Shown here: one piece after another, positions 17,218-28,884 of the stretch
Numbering within the stretch: the stretch's first letter is position 1
Layout of the letters: each line of letters opens with the position of its first letter
Assembly: GCA_945873755.1 (NCBI GenBank)
Contig: CAMCEM010000005.1
Span: 1 to 53,487 of the forward strand
DNA from: Chitinophaga pinensis
GTDB lineage: Bacteria; Bacteroidota; Bacteroidia; UKL13-3
Reading direction: 5' to 3'
DNA: 53,487 nucleotides
Position numbers and translations under genes: made by a program
Notes under the pieces: model-generated
The model's database searches: none
What the model was told of the DNA's origin: nothing
Seen by the model: the letters and a program-made list of their open reading frames with translations, nothing else

Positions 17218-20088
17218 TTAATTGCTTGCTTGCTCGGCATAAGCTTCAACTGGTAAACATGCACAAATTAAGTTTCTATCGCCATAGGTATCGTTAATTC
17301 TACCTACACTTGGCCAAAACTTATTTGCTTTAACATAAGGCAAAGGGAAAGCTGCATTCTGACGACTGTAACTGTGTTTCCAATCATCGGCAGTTACCAT
17401 ACTTGCTGTATGTGGCGCATTTTTCAATACATTATCTGTTTTATCGGCACTGCCATTTTCAATTGCAGATACTTCGTTTCTTATCGAAATCATTGCATCA
17501 CAAAAACGGTCAAGTTCATGTTTGGCTTCGCTTTCTGTTGGCTCTATCATTATAGTTCCAGCTACAGGGAACGAAACAGTTGGCGCATGAAAACCGTAAT
17601 CCATTAAACGCTTAGCAATATCACTAACTTCAACACCTGATGCTTGCTTAAACACACGAGTATCTAAAATCATTTCGTGTGCACAACGGCCTTTTGCACC
17701 TACATATAATATTTGGTAGTGTTTTTCTAAACGTGCTTTTATATAATTTGCATTTAAAATAGCGTATTTGGTAGCATTTTCTAATCCTTCAGTTCCCATC
17801 ATTCTTATATAAGCATAAGATATTAATAAGATAGAAGCACTTCCCCAAGGAGCAGCACTAACTGCATGCATGGCTTGGTTTCCACCTTCCATATCAACAA
17901 CTGCATGTCCGGGTAAAAATGGAACTAAATGAGCTCCAACCCCAATTGGACCCATTCCAGGTCCGCCACCACCATGAGGAATGCAGAATGTTTTATGCAA
18001 ATTTAAATGGCACACATCAGCACCAATATTTGCTGGACTTGTTAATCCAACTTGCGCGTTCATGTTAGCACCATCCATGTATACTTGTCCACCATTTTGG
18101 TGAATAATATCGCAAATATCAATTATACCTTCTTCGAACACACCAAAAGTTGAAGGGTAAGTAACCATTAAACAAGCTAAATTATCTTTGTGTTCAGTTG
18201 CTTTAGCACGAATGTCTTCAATATCGATATATCCGTTTTCTAAAGTTTTGGTAACAATAACTTTCATACCAGCCATTACTGCACTTGCAGGGTTTGTTCC
18301 ATGTGCCGATGACGGTATTAAAGCAATATTTCTATGGCTTTCGCCTTTTGCTTTAAAGTATTCTCTTATTGTCATTAAACCTGCATATTCGCCTTGCGCA
18401 CCTGCGTTTGGTTGTAACGAAATACCTGCAAATCCTGTTACTTGTTTTAAGTATTCGGTTAACTCGTTAAATATTTGAGTGTAACCAGTAGCTTGGTTGC
18501 GAGGAATAAATGGGTGCAATACACTGAAACCAGGATAAGTAACTGGAATCATTTCGGCAGTTGCGTTTAATTTCATTGTGCAACTTCCTAACGCTATCAT
18601 ACTTTCGCAAAGCGATAAATCTTTACTTTCTAAAAGTTTGATATAACGCAACATTTCATGCTCGCTGTGGTGTGAATTAAACACCGGGTGGGTCATGTAA
18701 TTACTTGTACGAGCTAAGTTTGTTGGAACATTTAAATTTATAGTTTCTGAAACAGAAACCTCAATAGTTTTTCCTGTTAAACAATTCAACAATTCAATAA
18801 TATCTTTTGCTGAATGCGTTTCATCAATTGATATAGAAACATGCGAATTGTTTAATTTATTGATATTTATTTCAGCTTTTACACAATTTGCTAAAGCAGC
18901 ATCTGCATTACCAACTGCCACAGTTAAAGTATCGAAATAATTTTTATTAGTAACTGTTAAACCATTTTCATTTAAGCCATTTGCCAAAGCATTAGCCAAA
19001 CCATGCACACGGCTTGCAATTCCTTTTAAACCTTTTGGTCCGTGGTAAACACCAAACATACCAGCCATAATTGACAACAATACTTGTGCTGTACAAATAT
19101 TTGATGTTGCTTTTTCGCGTTTAATATGCTGTTCGCGAGTTTGTAAAGCCATACGTAATGCAGAATTTCCTTGACTATCGATTGAAACACCAATTAAACG
19201 ACCGGGCATTTGTCGTTTGTAAGCATCTTTGGTAGCAAAAAAACCAGCATGCGGCCCACCATAACCCATTGGCACGCCAAAACGTTGCGATGTTCCAACA
19301 ACTACATCTGCTCCCCACTCTCCTGGAGGAGTTAGTAAAGTTAAACTTAAAATATCGGCTGCAACAGTTACCAATACATTATTTTGTTTGGCATTTGCCA
19401 TAAATGCAGCGTAATCAATTACGTCCCCATTAATTGCAGGATATTGAATTATTGCTCCAAAATAGGTATTATCAAATTGAATAGTTTCGTGGTTACCAAT
19501 TACAATCTCTATTCCTGTTGGCTCTGCACGAGTAACTAATACATCAATTGTTTGTTTGAAACATAATTCAGACACAAAAAACTTATGTGCATTTTCGTTA
19601 TTGGCTTCGGCATGTAATAAATGCATTGCTTCAGCTGCTGCGGTTGCTTCATCTAACAAACTTGCATTTGCAATTTCCATTCCTGTTAAATCAACAATCA
19701 TGGTTTGGTAGTTCAACAATGCTTCTAATCTACCTTGCGCTATTTCTGGCTGGTAAGGAGTATAGGCGGTATACCAATTTGGATTTTCAAAAATATTTCT
19801 TAAAATAACATTTGGAGTATGAGTTCCATAATATCCTTGGCCAATAAAGTTTTTGTAAATTAAGTTTTTTTCTGAAACTTCTCTTAACATGCTCAACAAC
19901 TCCATTTCGGTTAAAGCTGCTGGCAAATTCATGCGTTCTTTTAATCGAATATGCGCAGGAATTGTTTCTTCTATCAACTGATTAACCGAGCTAACACCAA
20001 TGGTTTTAAGCATTTCTTCAGAATCTTTTCCCATTGTAGAATTATGTCGGTAAACAAATTCGTCTTTGTGGTTTGTATTAATTTGCAT
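17218..20088 (-). CDS. gcvP: Glycine dehydrogenase (glycine cleavage P protein)
   Basis: [45 protein letters not shown]. Confidence 0.98.
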   Translation of the reverse strand: MQINTNHKDEFVYRHNSTMGKDSEEMLKTIGVSSVNQLIEETIPAHIRLKERMNLPAALTEMELLSMLREVSEKNLIYKNFIGQGYYGTHTPNVILRNIFENPNWYTAYTPYQPEIAQGRLEALLNYQTMIVDLTGMEIANASLLDEATAAAEAMHLLHAEANNENAHKFFVSELCFKQTIDVLVTRAEPTGIEIVIGNHETIQFDNTYFGAIIQYPAINGDVIDYAAFMANAKQNNVLVTVAADILSLTLLTPPGEWGADVVVGTSQRFGVPMGYGGPHAGFFATKDAYKRQMPGRLIGVSIDSQGNSALRMALQTREQHIKREKATSNICTAQVLLSIMAGMFGVYHGPKGLKGIASRVHGLANALANGLNENGLTVTNKNYFDTLTVAVGNADAALANCVKAEININKLNNSHVSISIDETHSAKDIIELLNCLTGKTIEVSVSETINLNVPTNLARTSNYMTHPVFNSHHSEHEMLRYIKLLESKDLSLCESMIALGSCTMKLNATAEMIPVTYPGFSVLHPFIPRNQATGYTQIFNELTEYLKQVTGFAGISLQPNAGAQGEYAGLMTIREYFKAKGESHRNIALIPSSAHGTNPASAVMAGMKVIVTKTLENGYIDIEDIRAKATEHKDNLACLMVTYPSTFGVFEEGIIDICDIIHQNGGQVYMDGANMNAQVGLTSPANIGADVCHLNLHKTFCIPHGGGGPGMGPIGVGAHLVPFLPGHAVVDMEGGNQAMHAVSAAPWGSASILLISYAYIRMMGTEGLENATKYAILNANYIKARLEKHYQILYVGAKGRCAHEMILDTRVFKQASGVEVSDIAKRLMDYGFHAPTVSFPVAGTIMIEPTESEAKHELDRFCDAMISIRNEVSAIENGSADKTDNVLKNAPHTASMVTADDWKHSYSRQNAAFPLPYVKANKFWPSVGRINDTYGDRNLICACLPVEAYAEQASN

Positions 20089-20257
20089 GTTAAATTATAT
20101 TTAATTTTTGGTCAAATGTAATTTTTTACATAGTATTTATATAAATGATTAAGGTCAAAATAAATGGTAAAACAATTAATATTTAGAAGATAAAACCTCC
20201 TCCAAAAGTTAAATATTGATTCATTATATTTTAAATAAGATAAAGTTTTTTTATAAA

Positions 20258-20291
20258 AAAAAACCCGCTTCAAACAAATGAAACGGGTTTT
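20258..20291 (-). terminator. Intrinsic terminator after secG
   Basis: aaaacccgcttca / tgaaacgggtttt with T-tail on the minus strand. Confidence 0.75.
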
Positions 20292-20312
20292 GATTAATAT
20301 TTTTATATTAAA

Positions 20313-20669
20313 TTATTTTCCTGCTGAATCCCCATTTGGAGGCGTTTGTGAACTTGTGACAGGAGGCGGTTGGTTAATTGAACCACCTGTAGCGTTTTCA
20401 ATACCTTCTTTAGATCTTAAATCGTTAGTGCTATTTGTTTCTTGTTCGCCATAAGGACGAGCAAAGTTTGAACTTAAACTTAAAACTATTAAAGCAATTG
20501 CTAAAATCCAAGTAGCTTTTTCAACTACATCTGAACTTCTGTTGGCTCCCATTATTTGATTTGGTGCTGAAAAATTAGCAGCAATTCCGCCACCTTTAGG
20601 ATTTTGAATTAAAACTACTAAAGTAAGTAGTACGCAAACGATAATGATTAGGATTAAAAAAAATAACAT
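20313..20669 (-). CDS. secG: Preprotein translocase subunit SecG
   Basis: VLIQNPKGGG, EKATWIL; two TM segments. Confidence 0.92.
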   Translation of the reverse strand: MLFFLILIIIVCVLLTLVVLIQNPKGGGIAANFSAPNQIMGANRSSDVVEKATWILAIALIVLSLSSNFARPYGEQETNSTNDLRSKEGIENATGGSINQPPPVTSSQTPPNGDSAGK

Positions 20670-20673
20670 AGTT

Positions 20674-23205
20674 TTAGTTTATATTGTGTTCTGTTTTAAG
20701 TTGATTTATTAGGGCTGCGAAATAAGTAATTTTATGTGGATATATCAAACTTAATTTTTCATAAGTAGAAATTGCTTTTTTAATTAATCCTTGTTTAAGG
20801 TAAATTCCTGCTAATGTTTCACTTACAATTTCATCTTTTTCAACAACACTCATTTTTGCAACGTTTGTTGGGTCAAAAAACTCCGATTTTGGACGAGTTA
20901 TACTTGGATTTTCTTTCAAAAATTTATCTAAAATACTTTCCACATCATTTTGGTGTGTTTCTATAGGTTGTTTTTTTTCATCAATTAAAGTTTCAGTTAT
21001 TTCAACTTTTATTGAGGTTACTTTATAGTTATGTTTTATAGGTTCATAAACTTCATTAAATGAATTTTCAAAATCGTATTCGTTAATAGGAGCATTTACA
21101 AAAACAGTTTCAGTTTCTTTATTTTCAAAAGCGTTTTTATCTTCAGAAACTTTATCATCATTTAATATTTCTTTAGGAATTTCTATTTTACTTTCTGGAA
21201 AAGTGTTTTTAAATGTAGGTTCAAAAGCTGGAGCTTCATAACTTGGAATAAGTCCATCTTTTTTATCAAATTTTATATAAGGGTTAAATTCTTTTTTTAG
21301 TGCTTCAAAATCAGGTAAAATTGATTGAATTTCATAGTTATTTGATTCAATAATAAATTTTTCATCTTCTGCTTTTAATTCAGTTTCTTCAACACTATTT
21401 TCAGTCTCAAAATCAATGCTTTCTTTTTCTTTTTCATTGTTTTCAGTTTCTGTATCAGTATTATCTAAATCGGCCAAATAAGATTCAATTGATTCATTTA
21501 TTGAAAGCTCGTTGGTATCCGTTTTTACAATTTCATTGGGAAGAATTAAATTATCATCAATTGATTGTTCAATTATTTGATTTGCATTTGATATAGCGTT
21601 TATTTCAGCACTAATTTCTTTTTCTAAACTTAACTTCGATTTTAATTTAATAATTTGTTTAATGTTTTCAACAAACTCATCGTCTTCGTTATTTAGCTTA
21701 GCTTCCTCATTGGCATTTTCTACTGTATTTTCATCGGTTTTTTTGTTTAAATTCAACCAATCTATGAAGCTATGATTTTCATTAACACCTTCAACAATAT
21801 TATCTGAAGTTTCAATATTTACATCTTCATTATTTATATCTAATAAAGTAAAGGAATCATTTGAATTTATTTTGTTACTAATTTCTTTTTCTAAACTAGT
21901 GGTTATTTCTGCTTGAATAACTTTAACTTCTTCTGCTTGAACTTCTTCTGTTTGAACTTCTTCTGTTTGAACTTTTTCTGTTTGAACTTCTTCTGCTTGA
22001 ACAATTTCTTCTAGAACTAATTCTTCAATATTATTCGACTTATCATTAACTTCATCAATATTGCTATTTAATTCTAAATTATTTATTGCTTCAAAAACAG
22101 AATCTTTTTCAAAACTATTTTCTATACTTTTTTCCGAATTTTCATCATTATTCATTAACAAATTTTCTAACGAAATAGCATTGTTTTTTATATCTGTTTC
22201 ATCAGAATTTTCTTTTAAATCAATATTATCTACATCAATATTTACAACAATATCTTCAGCTTCTTTTTCAATTTCTTTTGCTGTATTAGTTTCATGGATT
22301 GGCTGCGGTTTAAATTCATTATTTGGTAAAACCGACTTAGTAATTGTTTCAATCTCAATATCTTCAGCAAAAAGACTGCTTTCATCAAAATCTGGCAAAA
22401 ACTCCTCATTATTTACAAACCTAACCAACATTCCTTCTGTATCTGCTAGTTGAAAATCATTTTCATTTTCAAATATATTAAAATCGTGAAATTCAATTTT
22501 ATCAGTACTTACAAATGGTTTTGGTTCTAAAGTTTCTGCTACTTTTACAACTTCATTTTCAATATCTAATACAACTTCTTCTTCTAAATTAGTCTCTACC
22601 GCTTTTTCAATTAAGTCAATACCTCCAACTAAATCAACTTTTTCAACTTCATTAATTAAATTAACTTCATCAACTTTTTCAACATCATCAATTAAATTTA
22701 CTTCATCAGCTTTTTCAACCACAACAACTAAGTGAACTTTTTCTTCTACTTCATCATTAAAAGTAATAGGTAAATCCTCAATTTTATTTTTAATTTCACT
22801 CAAACTTAATTCTTCATTGGAGTATTCAGTAGGTTGATTAAGAATAGCATTTGCTTCTAATAAAATGGCATCTTCTTCTTGTTTACTCATTTCAAAATCG
22901 GGTTTCGAAACTTTTTCAACTTTAAGTTCTATTGGAACTTTCATAAAGTTGACTTCATCATCTAATTCTAGCTCTTCATTATTTAAAAATTTGTATAAAA
23001 CAGCCCTATTCCCTACTGAAAGTGCAGTTATTTTTAATTGCTTTTCGTATTCGTAATGTTTGGTATTATAAAGTGCTTTGGTTAAAAGTATATGTGCAGT
23101 ACTAAAATATGGAAATTCTGCAACAATATTTTTTAAAATTTCTATATGCTCAGTTCCCAGTTTTTCAGGATTTTTAATTAAATCTGTAAATTCTACTTTG
23201 TTCAC
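20674..23205 (-). CDS. Hypothetical protein with helical N/C ends and a very long acidic low-complexity centre
   Basis: 843 aa; N-terminal EFPYF; C-terminal TPR-like SETLAGIYLKQG..AISTYEKL...YP; lies between lptE and secG. Confidence 0.8.
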   Translation of the reverse strand: MNKVEFTDLIKNPEKLGTEHIEILKNIVAEFPYFSTAHILLTKALYNTKHYEYEKQLKITALSVGNRAVLYKFLNNEELELDDEVNFMKVPIELKVEKVSKPDFEMSKQEEDAILLEANAILNQPTEYSNEELSLSEIKNKIEDLPITFNDEVEEKVHLVVVVEKADEVNLIDDVEKVDEVNLINEVEKVDLVGGIDLIEKAVETNLEEEVVLDIENEVVKVAETLEPKPFVSTDKIEFHDFNIFENENDFQLADTEGMLVRFVNNEEFLPDFDESSLFAEDIEIETITKSVLPNNEFKPQPIHETNTAKEIEKEAEDIVVNIDVDNIDLKENSDETDIKNNAISLENLLMNNDENSEKSIENSFEKDSVFEAINNLELNSNIDEVNDKSNNIEELVLEEIVQAEEVQTEKVQTEEVQTEEVQAEEVKVIQAEITTSLEKEISNKINSNDSFTLLDINNEDVNIETSDNIVEGVNENHSFIDWLNLNKKTDENTVENANEEAKLNNEDDEFVENIKQIIKLKSKLSLEKEISAEINAISNANQIIEQSIDDNLILPNEIVKTDTNELSINESIESYLADLDNTDTETENNEKEKESIDFETENSVEETELKAEDEKFIIESNNYEIQSILPDFEALKKEFNPYIKFDKKDGLIPSYEAPAFEPTFKNTFPESKIEIPKEILNDDKVSEDKNAFENKETETVFVNAPINEYDFENSFNEVYEPIKHNYKVTSIKVEITETLIDEKKQPIETHQNDVESILDKFLKENPSITRPKSEFFDPTNVAKMSVVEKDEIVSETLAGIYLKQGLIKKAISTYEKLSLIYPHKITYFAALINQLKTEHNIN
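21925..21999. repeat. Coding tandem repeat, 5 x 15 bp (Q[AT]E[EK]V)
   Basis: aactt[ct]ttctg[ct]ttg x5. Confidence 0.9.
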
Positions 23206-23292
23206 TGTTTTAGCTTAAATTTTATTTTAGCAAAATAATGGTTTTATTTTAAAATATTTATTTTTATATGAACAGAATTTATTTATTGTCGT

Positions 23293-23796
23293 TTACCAAT
23301 TAATAAATGCAGCATTAAATATATCTTGTACCAACATATCTACCACTTTCCCTGATAACTCAGCTTCTCGGGTTTGGAAATTATCAGATGCATTGAAATC
23401 AATATTATTTGAAAACGTTTTAGTGAAGTTTTTATCCACAGCTTTTTTATTTTCAAAAGTAATTTCAACAGAAATTGTCAACCTATTCAATGCATTCGTT
23501 TGATTTCCTTGAACCGCTGCAGGCCTAATTTCGTAGGTTATAATTTTCCCCGAAAACATTAAATCGGCTTCGGCAGTAGTAAGTTTTAAAGGTGTTTCAT
23601 TAACAAATTTTTGGCGTAACTTTTCACCCATTGTTTGGCTTAATAATGGATTTATAATACTAGCCATATTGGATAAATATGCTACCGATACTGTACTTGC
23701 ATCGGGTGGTACACTTGCTCCGGTGTGGCTGTATACACCACAACCAGTAACTAAAAAAGTTATTCCTAACAATACTGATACTATTAATTTTTGCAT
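23293..23796 (-). CDS. lptE: LptE-family LPS assembly lipoprotein
   Basis: Lipobox VTGC, GVYS.TGAS, NRLTI.V, C-terminal DIFN...NW. Confidence 0.8.
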   Translation of the reverse strand: MQKLIVSVLLGITFLVTGCGVYSHTGASVPPDASTVSVAYLSNMASIINPLLSQTMGEKLRQKFVNETPLKLTTAEADLMFSGKIITYEIRPAAVQGNQTNALNRLTISVEITFENKKAVDKNFTKTFSNNIDFNASDNFQTREAELSGKVVDMLVQDIFNAAFINW

Positions 23797-23800
23797 GTTA

Positions 23801-23808
23801 CAAAGCTA
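23801..23808 (-). promoter_or_regulatory. Putative -7 box (TAGCTTTG) 4 nt before the lptE ATG
   Basis: TAnnTTTG match. Confidence 0.5.
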
Positions 23809-23900
23809 AAAATGTTTACGACAAATTTTACTTTCAATAATTATGCCTTATATTAAATTAATTAATTTGTTTATTATTGTTCTTTACATTTATGCTTTTT

Positions 23901-24320
23901 ATGAAAAAAATAATTCTGTTAATTGTAGTTTTATGTACCGTAATTCCTTGTAATTTATTTGGTCAAGATTTAAAAACATTAGAAAAACAAACCATTTCAC
24001 TCAACTTAGCTACCAAGTTAAATGAAATAAAAATAAAATTAGTTAAATTAGAGTCTGAATTACTAGAAGTAAATGCAAAAGCTGAAAAGGCAAAATTAAA
24101 CTCGTTAAAAGCAGTAACCAAATTAGTTAACAACAACAATGATGAAAAAGATAACAAATTGGTTGAAAAATCGGCAGATGCCACTAAAGAATCACAAAAA
24201 ATTCAGAGTTCAATAAACAAATTGAATGATAAAATTATAACAGTTAAAGAAAAAATAACTGATATTGAGAATAAAATGTCAAAGCTATCTTGGGGAGTTC
24301 AATTAATACCTCAAAATTAA
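23901..24320 (+). CDS. Hypothetical secreted coiled-coil protein
   Basis: MKKIILL signal peptide from 23901; K/E/L-rich heptad pattern. Confidence 0.7.
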   Translation: MKKIILLIVVLCTVIPCNLFGQDLKTLEKQTISLNLATKLNEIKIKLVKLESELLEVNAKAEKAKLNSLKAVTKLVNNNNDEKDNKLVEKSADATKESQKIQSSINKLNDKIITVKEKITDIENKMSKLSWGVQLIPQN

Positions 24321-24452
24321 CAATTAAAAATATTGATTTTTAGTCTTTTAATTTAAAATATTTAAATATTTACCCAAACAAACACTTACTTTTATCAGCC
24401 AATAACAATTGATAAAAAGCTATTTTCGCCCCTTTGAAAAAAATAACCATTT

Positions 24453-25646
24453 ATGATTAAGTTAGCAAGCCGTTTAAATACTATAGTAGAGTCGAATACT
24501 TTACGCATGGCCAAGTTAAGCAGAGAACTACAAGCTCAAGGAAAAGATGTTATTAATTTAAGTTTAGGTGAACCTGATTTTCAAACTCCGCAACACATAA
24601 AAGATGCAGCAAAAAAAGCCATTGATGATGGCTATACTTTTTATACACCTGTAGTTGGGTATTTAGACTTACGACAAGCCATTAGTAAAAAATTTGAAAT
24701 TGATAATGGTTTATATTATACCCCAGAACAAATAGTAGTTTCAACAGGTGCAAAGCAATCTATTATAAATGTTTTGTTAAGTATTTTAAATGTTGGCGAT
24801 GAGGTAATAATTCCTACTCCTTTTTGGGTTAGTTACTCTGAAATGGTTAAAATTGCCGAAGGTGTTCCAGTTTATGTTCATAGCAATGTAACACAAGATT
24901 ATAAACCAACAGTGGCACAATTAGAAGCTGCTATTACAAGTAAAACCAAAGCTTTTATTTTTTCATCGCCATGTAATCCCACTGGCTCTGTTTTTAGTAA
25001 GGAGGAACTTTTTGAAATTGCAAAAATGTTCGAAAAATATCCCGAAATTATCATCATTGCAGATGAAATATATGAACACATAAATTTTATTGGCAAACAT
25101 GAAAGTATTGGTCAATTTAATTTTATAAAAGACAGAGTGGTTACTGTAAATGGCATGAGTAAAGGCTTTGCAATGACCGGTTGGAGACTTGGATATATTG
25201 GTGCACCTAAAGAAATAGCACAAGCTTGCGAAAAATTGCAAGGTCAGTTTACAAGTGGAACTAATTCAATTGCTCAGCGCGCTGCATTATTTGCATTACA
25301 ATCTGATTTAAAACCAACTATTGAAATGGCAAATGCTTTTCATAGAAGACGCGATTTAGTTATAAAGTTATTAAAAGAAATTGAAGGCTTAAAATTAAAT
25401 ATTCCTGAAGGTGCATTTTATGTTTTTCCAGATGTGAGTAGTTATTTTGGCAAGAGCGATGGTACAACTACAATAAATAATTGCGAAGATTTGTGCATGT
25501 ATATTTTACATAATGCCAATGTAAGTATTGTTGGTGGCGATAGTTTTGGTGCTCCTGAATGTGTAAGATTTAGCTATGCAACTAGCGATGAAAAGTTAAC
25601 TGAAGCCATTTCAAGAATTAAAAATGCTTTGCAACATTTAAAATAA
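24453..25646 (+). CDS. aspC: Aspartate aminotransferase (class I PLP enzyme)
   Basis: LSLGEPDF, TGAKQ, PCNPTG, DEIYE, SKGFAMTGWRLGY. Confidence 0.88.
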   Translation: MIKLASRLNTIVESNTLRMAKLSRELQAQGKDVINLSLGEPDFQTPQHIKDAAKKAIDDGYTFYTPVVGYLDLRQAISKKFEIDNGLYYTPEQIVVSTGAKQSIINVLLSILNVGDEVIIPTPFWVSYSEMVKIAEGVPVYVHSNVTQDYKPTVAQLEAAITSKTKAFIFSSPCNPTGSVFSKEELFEIAKMFEKYPEIIIIADEIYEHINFIGKHESIGQFNFIKDRVVTVNGMSKGFAMTGWRLGYIGAPKEIAQACEKLQGQFTSGTNSIAQRAALFALQSDLKPTIEMANAFHRRRDLVIKLLKEIEGLKLNIPEGAFYVFPDVSSYFGKSDGTTTINNCEDLCMYILHNANVSIVGGDSFGAPECVRFSYATSDEKLTEAISRIKNALQHLK

Positions 25647-25664
25647 ATTTTATTGCTGTAATTT

Positions 25665-26645
25665 ATGTTAAATAATAATTTAATAAATCAATTTGAAAAT
25701 ATTCCTGTTTTAGTTATTGGCGACTTAATGATAGATGCTTACCTTTTTGGTAATGTAGATAGAATAAGCCCTGAAGCACCAGTACCTATAGTTGCAGTTA
25801 ATAAAAAAGAAAACAGATTGGGTGGTGCCGCTAATGTAGCATTAAATTTAACTGCTTTAGGAGCAAAACCTATTATTTGTTCAGTAATTGGAAACGATTT
25901 AGAGGGAAATGATTTAATTAATTTATTAAGCAAAAATAATATTGATGCAAGTGGTATCATACAAAGTAATGATAGATTAACAACCGTAAAAACAAGGGTT
26001 ATTAGTCAAAATCATCAAATGCTTAGAATTGATAATGAAATAACTAATAATTTAAATAATGAGTTAACCGATTTACTAATTGAAAAAGCAAAAGGGCTTT
26101 TAACACGAGTAAAAATAGTAATTTTTGAAGACTACGATAAGGGCGTAATTACCGAAAAACTAATAACAGAAATTACAAAAGCTGCTAACCAATTAGGAAT
26201 TTCTACGGTGGTTGACCCTAAAAAAAGAAACTTTAATTTTTATAACCATGTAACTTTGTTTAAACCCAATTTAAAAGAACTTAGAGAGGGAACTAATGAA
26301 AATTTCTTGGTAGATGATAAGAAGCATTTTGAAAGCATTTGTAAGGCATTAATGTTAAAAATGAATCTTAAATATTTATTTGTAACCTTAAGCGAAAAAG
26401 GGGTTTTAATAACAGATGGAAAAACCTTTAATTACATACCAGCTCACTTCCGAAAAATAGCAGATGTAAGTGGCGCAGGCGATACTGTAATTAGTGTTGC
26501 ATCATTGTGCTTAGCATTAAATATTCCAATAGAACAAATTGCTGCTATTTCAAATCTGGCTGGTGGCTTGGTTTGCGAGGAAGTTGGTGTAGTACCTATA
26601 AATAAAAGTAAACTTGCCCAAGAATTAACAGAAATTGGTTTATAG
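25665..26645 (+). CDS. rfaE1: D-glycero-beta-D-manno-heptose-7-phosphate kinase (RfaE domain I, PfkB family)
   Basis: GDLMID, RISPEAPVP, GGAANVA, DYDKG, DVSGAGDTV. Confidence 0.88.
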   Translation: MLNNNLINQFENIPVLVIGDLMIDAYLFGNVDRISPEAPVPIVAVNKKENRLGGAANVALNLTALGAKPIICSVIGNDLEGNDLINLLSKNNIDASGIIQSNDRLTTVKTRVISQNHQMLRIDNEITNNLNNELTDLLIEKAKGLLTRVKIVIFEDYDKGVITEKLITEITKAANQLGISTVVDPKKRNFNFYNHVTLFKPNLKELREGTNENFLVDDKKHFESICKALMLKMNLKYLFVTLSEKGVLITDGKTFNYIPAHFRKIADVSGAGDTVISVASLCLALNIPIEQIAAISNLAGGLVCEEVGVVPINKSKLAQELTEIGL

Positions 26646-26688
26646 TTAAAATAAACTTATTTTATTTTAACAAATTAAATCAAGAAAT

Positions 26689-28773
26689 TTACTCTCCTTG
26701 TTCTTGTAACTTTAAAAAATTGTACGATTCAATTTGACTTCTGTTTTTATCAATACAATCAGTTAGCTGGTAATTATTTTCGCCATGTTCGTTTATATGT
26801 CTGGCTTTACAATTGTCGTTAAGTTGAGTATTAATTATAAATTTAATAGTGCTTTTAATTTCTTCACTATAAATTGGAAACCCACACTCCACCCTATTAT
26901 TTAAGTTCCTGCTCATCCAATCTGCACTCGATAAATACAACAATTCATTGCCATTGTTACAAAATATATAAACCCTTGCATGTTCTAAATACCTATCAAT
27001 AATACTTATTACCTCAATGTTTTCGCTTAATCCTGCTACTTTAGGTACTAACGAACAAACACCTCGAACTATTAATTGAATTTTTACACCCACTCTACTT
27101 GCATCATACAATTTTTTTATAACATCAATATCAACTAAACTATTCATTTTAGCAATAATATAAGCTGGTTTTCCGCCTTTTTTATTTAGAATTTCAGTAT
27201 CAATCATTTCTAAAAATTTGCGTTTCATATTATCAGGTGCAATTAACAAATGCTTATAAATACCCCTTTTTATGTTTAAAAACAAACTATCACTTAGCAT
27301 ATCTAGTTCATTAGTCAACCTTTCGTCTTTAGTAAAAATAGCAAAATCGCTATAAATTTTACTTGTCATTCCATTATAATTTCCGGTAGAAAGATGAGCA
27401 TATTTTACAGTTTGGTTGTTTTCTTTTCTATAAATTAAACAAAACTTTGTATGTACTTTTTGCCCTGGTTTTCCAAAATGAACATGCGCTCCTGCTTCTT
27501 GTAATTGAGTTGTCCAGTAAATATTCGATTCTTCATCGAACCTTGCTTGTAGCTCCATTAACACAACTACTATTTTACCATTTTTTATAGCATTAATTAG
27601 TGCGTTTACAACATTACTATGTTTGGCTACACGGTATAAAGTTATTTTTATGGTATGAACATTTGGATCAATAGCCGCTTCACGCAATAGCCTAATTAAA
27701 TAATCGAACGATTGGTAAGGATGATGAAGCAGTACATCGTGCTTGGTAATTATTTCAAATAAATTCTTTGCTTTATCTAATTCTCTAATATTTAATGTTG
27801 GTAAATTTTGGTAATAATCTTCTTCACTCCCAACTTTTGGAAAATCCATAAAGTCTTTGAAATTATGGTATTTTCCACCTGCAACCATATTTACATTTTT
27901 GAGCTCCAATCTTTTTGCTAAAAAATCTAACATGCTTTTTGGCATATTTGAGTCAAACACAAAACGAGTAGGTACACCTCTATTTCTTTGTTTTAAACTT
28001 TTTTGAATTTTATCTAATAAAGTAACTGTGTAATCTCTATCATCAGCATCTAATGTAAATTCTGCATCTCTTGTTATTTTTATAATATACGGTTCAAAAA
28101 TATCATAATCAAATTGCTGAAAAATTCTACTTAAATTCAACTTAATAATATCTTCTAAACATATAATATACTTTCCATTTTCAGTTGATGGTAATTGATA
28201 AAACCTATTAAGAATACCTACAGGAACTTCAATAATTGCATGTTTTGGTAATAAAATATTTTTGCTATCAACCAATCTAACTGCAAGATAAATAGAGTTA
28301 TCTCTTAAATGTGGAGTGTGTTTTAAATCGTCAATTATTATAGGAAAAAGTAAATTAATAATATTGCTTTTAAAGTATTCTTTTACTTGATTTTTTTGGT
28401 CATCATTTACTTGGTTATCGTTAACTAAAAAAATGTTTTTTTCGGCCAAAGTAGGTAAAATGCTGTTTTGATAAATTTTGTTAAATCTATCTTGAAGCGA
28501 TTGTACTTGTAATTGAATTGCTTCTAAAATTTCATCCGGACTATTTTGAACATCGCTTATTGCTTTCTTTCCATTTACTTTCTGTACCCTTCTTAACTGA
28601 GCAACACGAACTCTAAAAAATTCATCTAAGTTCGATGAAAAAATGGCTAAAAACTTTATGCGCTCCATTAACGGAGTAGCGGTATTTTCTGCTTCTTGCA
28701 ATACTCGTTCGTTAAAGTATAGCCAACTAATTTCTCTATCTTTAAATAAATAGCCTTTATGGTTTTTAATCAT
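26689..28773 (-). CDS. ppk1: Polyphosphate kinase 1
   Basis: REISWL.FN.RVL, SNLDEFF, HHPYQSF, ARFDEE, KVHTK, LEHAR, SADWM.RN. Confidence 0.96.
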   Translation of the reverse strand: MIKNHKGYLFKDREISWLYFNERVLQEAENTATPLMERIKFLAIFSSNLDEFFRVRVAQLRRVQKVNGKKAISDVQNSPDEILEAIQLQVQSLQDRFNKIYQNSILPTLAEKNIFLVNDNQVNDDQKNQVKEYFKSNIINLLFPIIIDDLKHTPHLRDNSIYLAVRLVDSKNILLPKHAIIEVPVGILNRFYQLPSTENGKYIICLEDIIKLNLSRIFQQFDYDIFEPYIIKITRDAEFTLDADDRDYTVTLLDKIQKSLKQRNRGVPTRFVFDSNMPKSMLDFLAKRLELKNVNMVAGGKYHNFKDFMDFPKVGSEEDYYQNLPTLNIRELDKAKNLFEIITKHDVLLHHPYQSFDYLIRLLREAAIDPNVHTIKITLYRVAKHSNVVNALINAIKNGKIVVVLMELQARFDEESNIYWTTQLQEAGAHVHFGKPGQKVHTKFCLIYRKENNQTVKYAHLSTGNYNGMTSKIYSDFAIFTKDERLTNELDMLSDSLFLNIKRGIYKHLLIAPDNMKRKFLEMIDTEILNKKGGKPAYIIAKMNSLVDIDVIKKLYDASRVGVKIQLIVRGVCSLVPKVAGLSENIEVISIIDRYLEHARVYIFCNNGNELLYLSSADWMSRNLNNRVECGFPIYSEEIKSTIKFIINTQLNDNCKARHINEHGENNYQLTDCIDKNRSQIESYNFLKLQEQGE

Positions 28774-28845
28774 GTAAATTGGTTTTTGTATTTAAAATAA
28801 TTTAAAAATAACGATTTTATTTTATAACTAACTTATGAACAATCA

Positions 28846-28881
28846 AAAAAAAATCCCACTTAAATTAAAGCAGGATTTTTT
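28846..28881 (-). terminator. Probable intrinsic terminator
   Basis: Imperfect aaaaaatcc / ggatttttt hairpin downstream of the ORF ending at 28885. Confidence 0.55.
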
Positions 28882-28884
28882 ATG

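Noticed and set aside
20089-20257. Glycine riboswitch upstream of gcvP
   Set aside because: The spacer is very AT-rich and shows no recognisable aptamer motifs (GGAGA...CCGAAG, CUCUCAGG).
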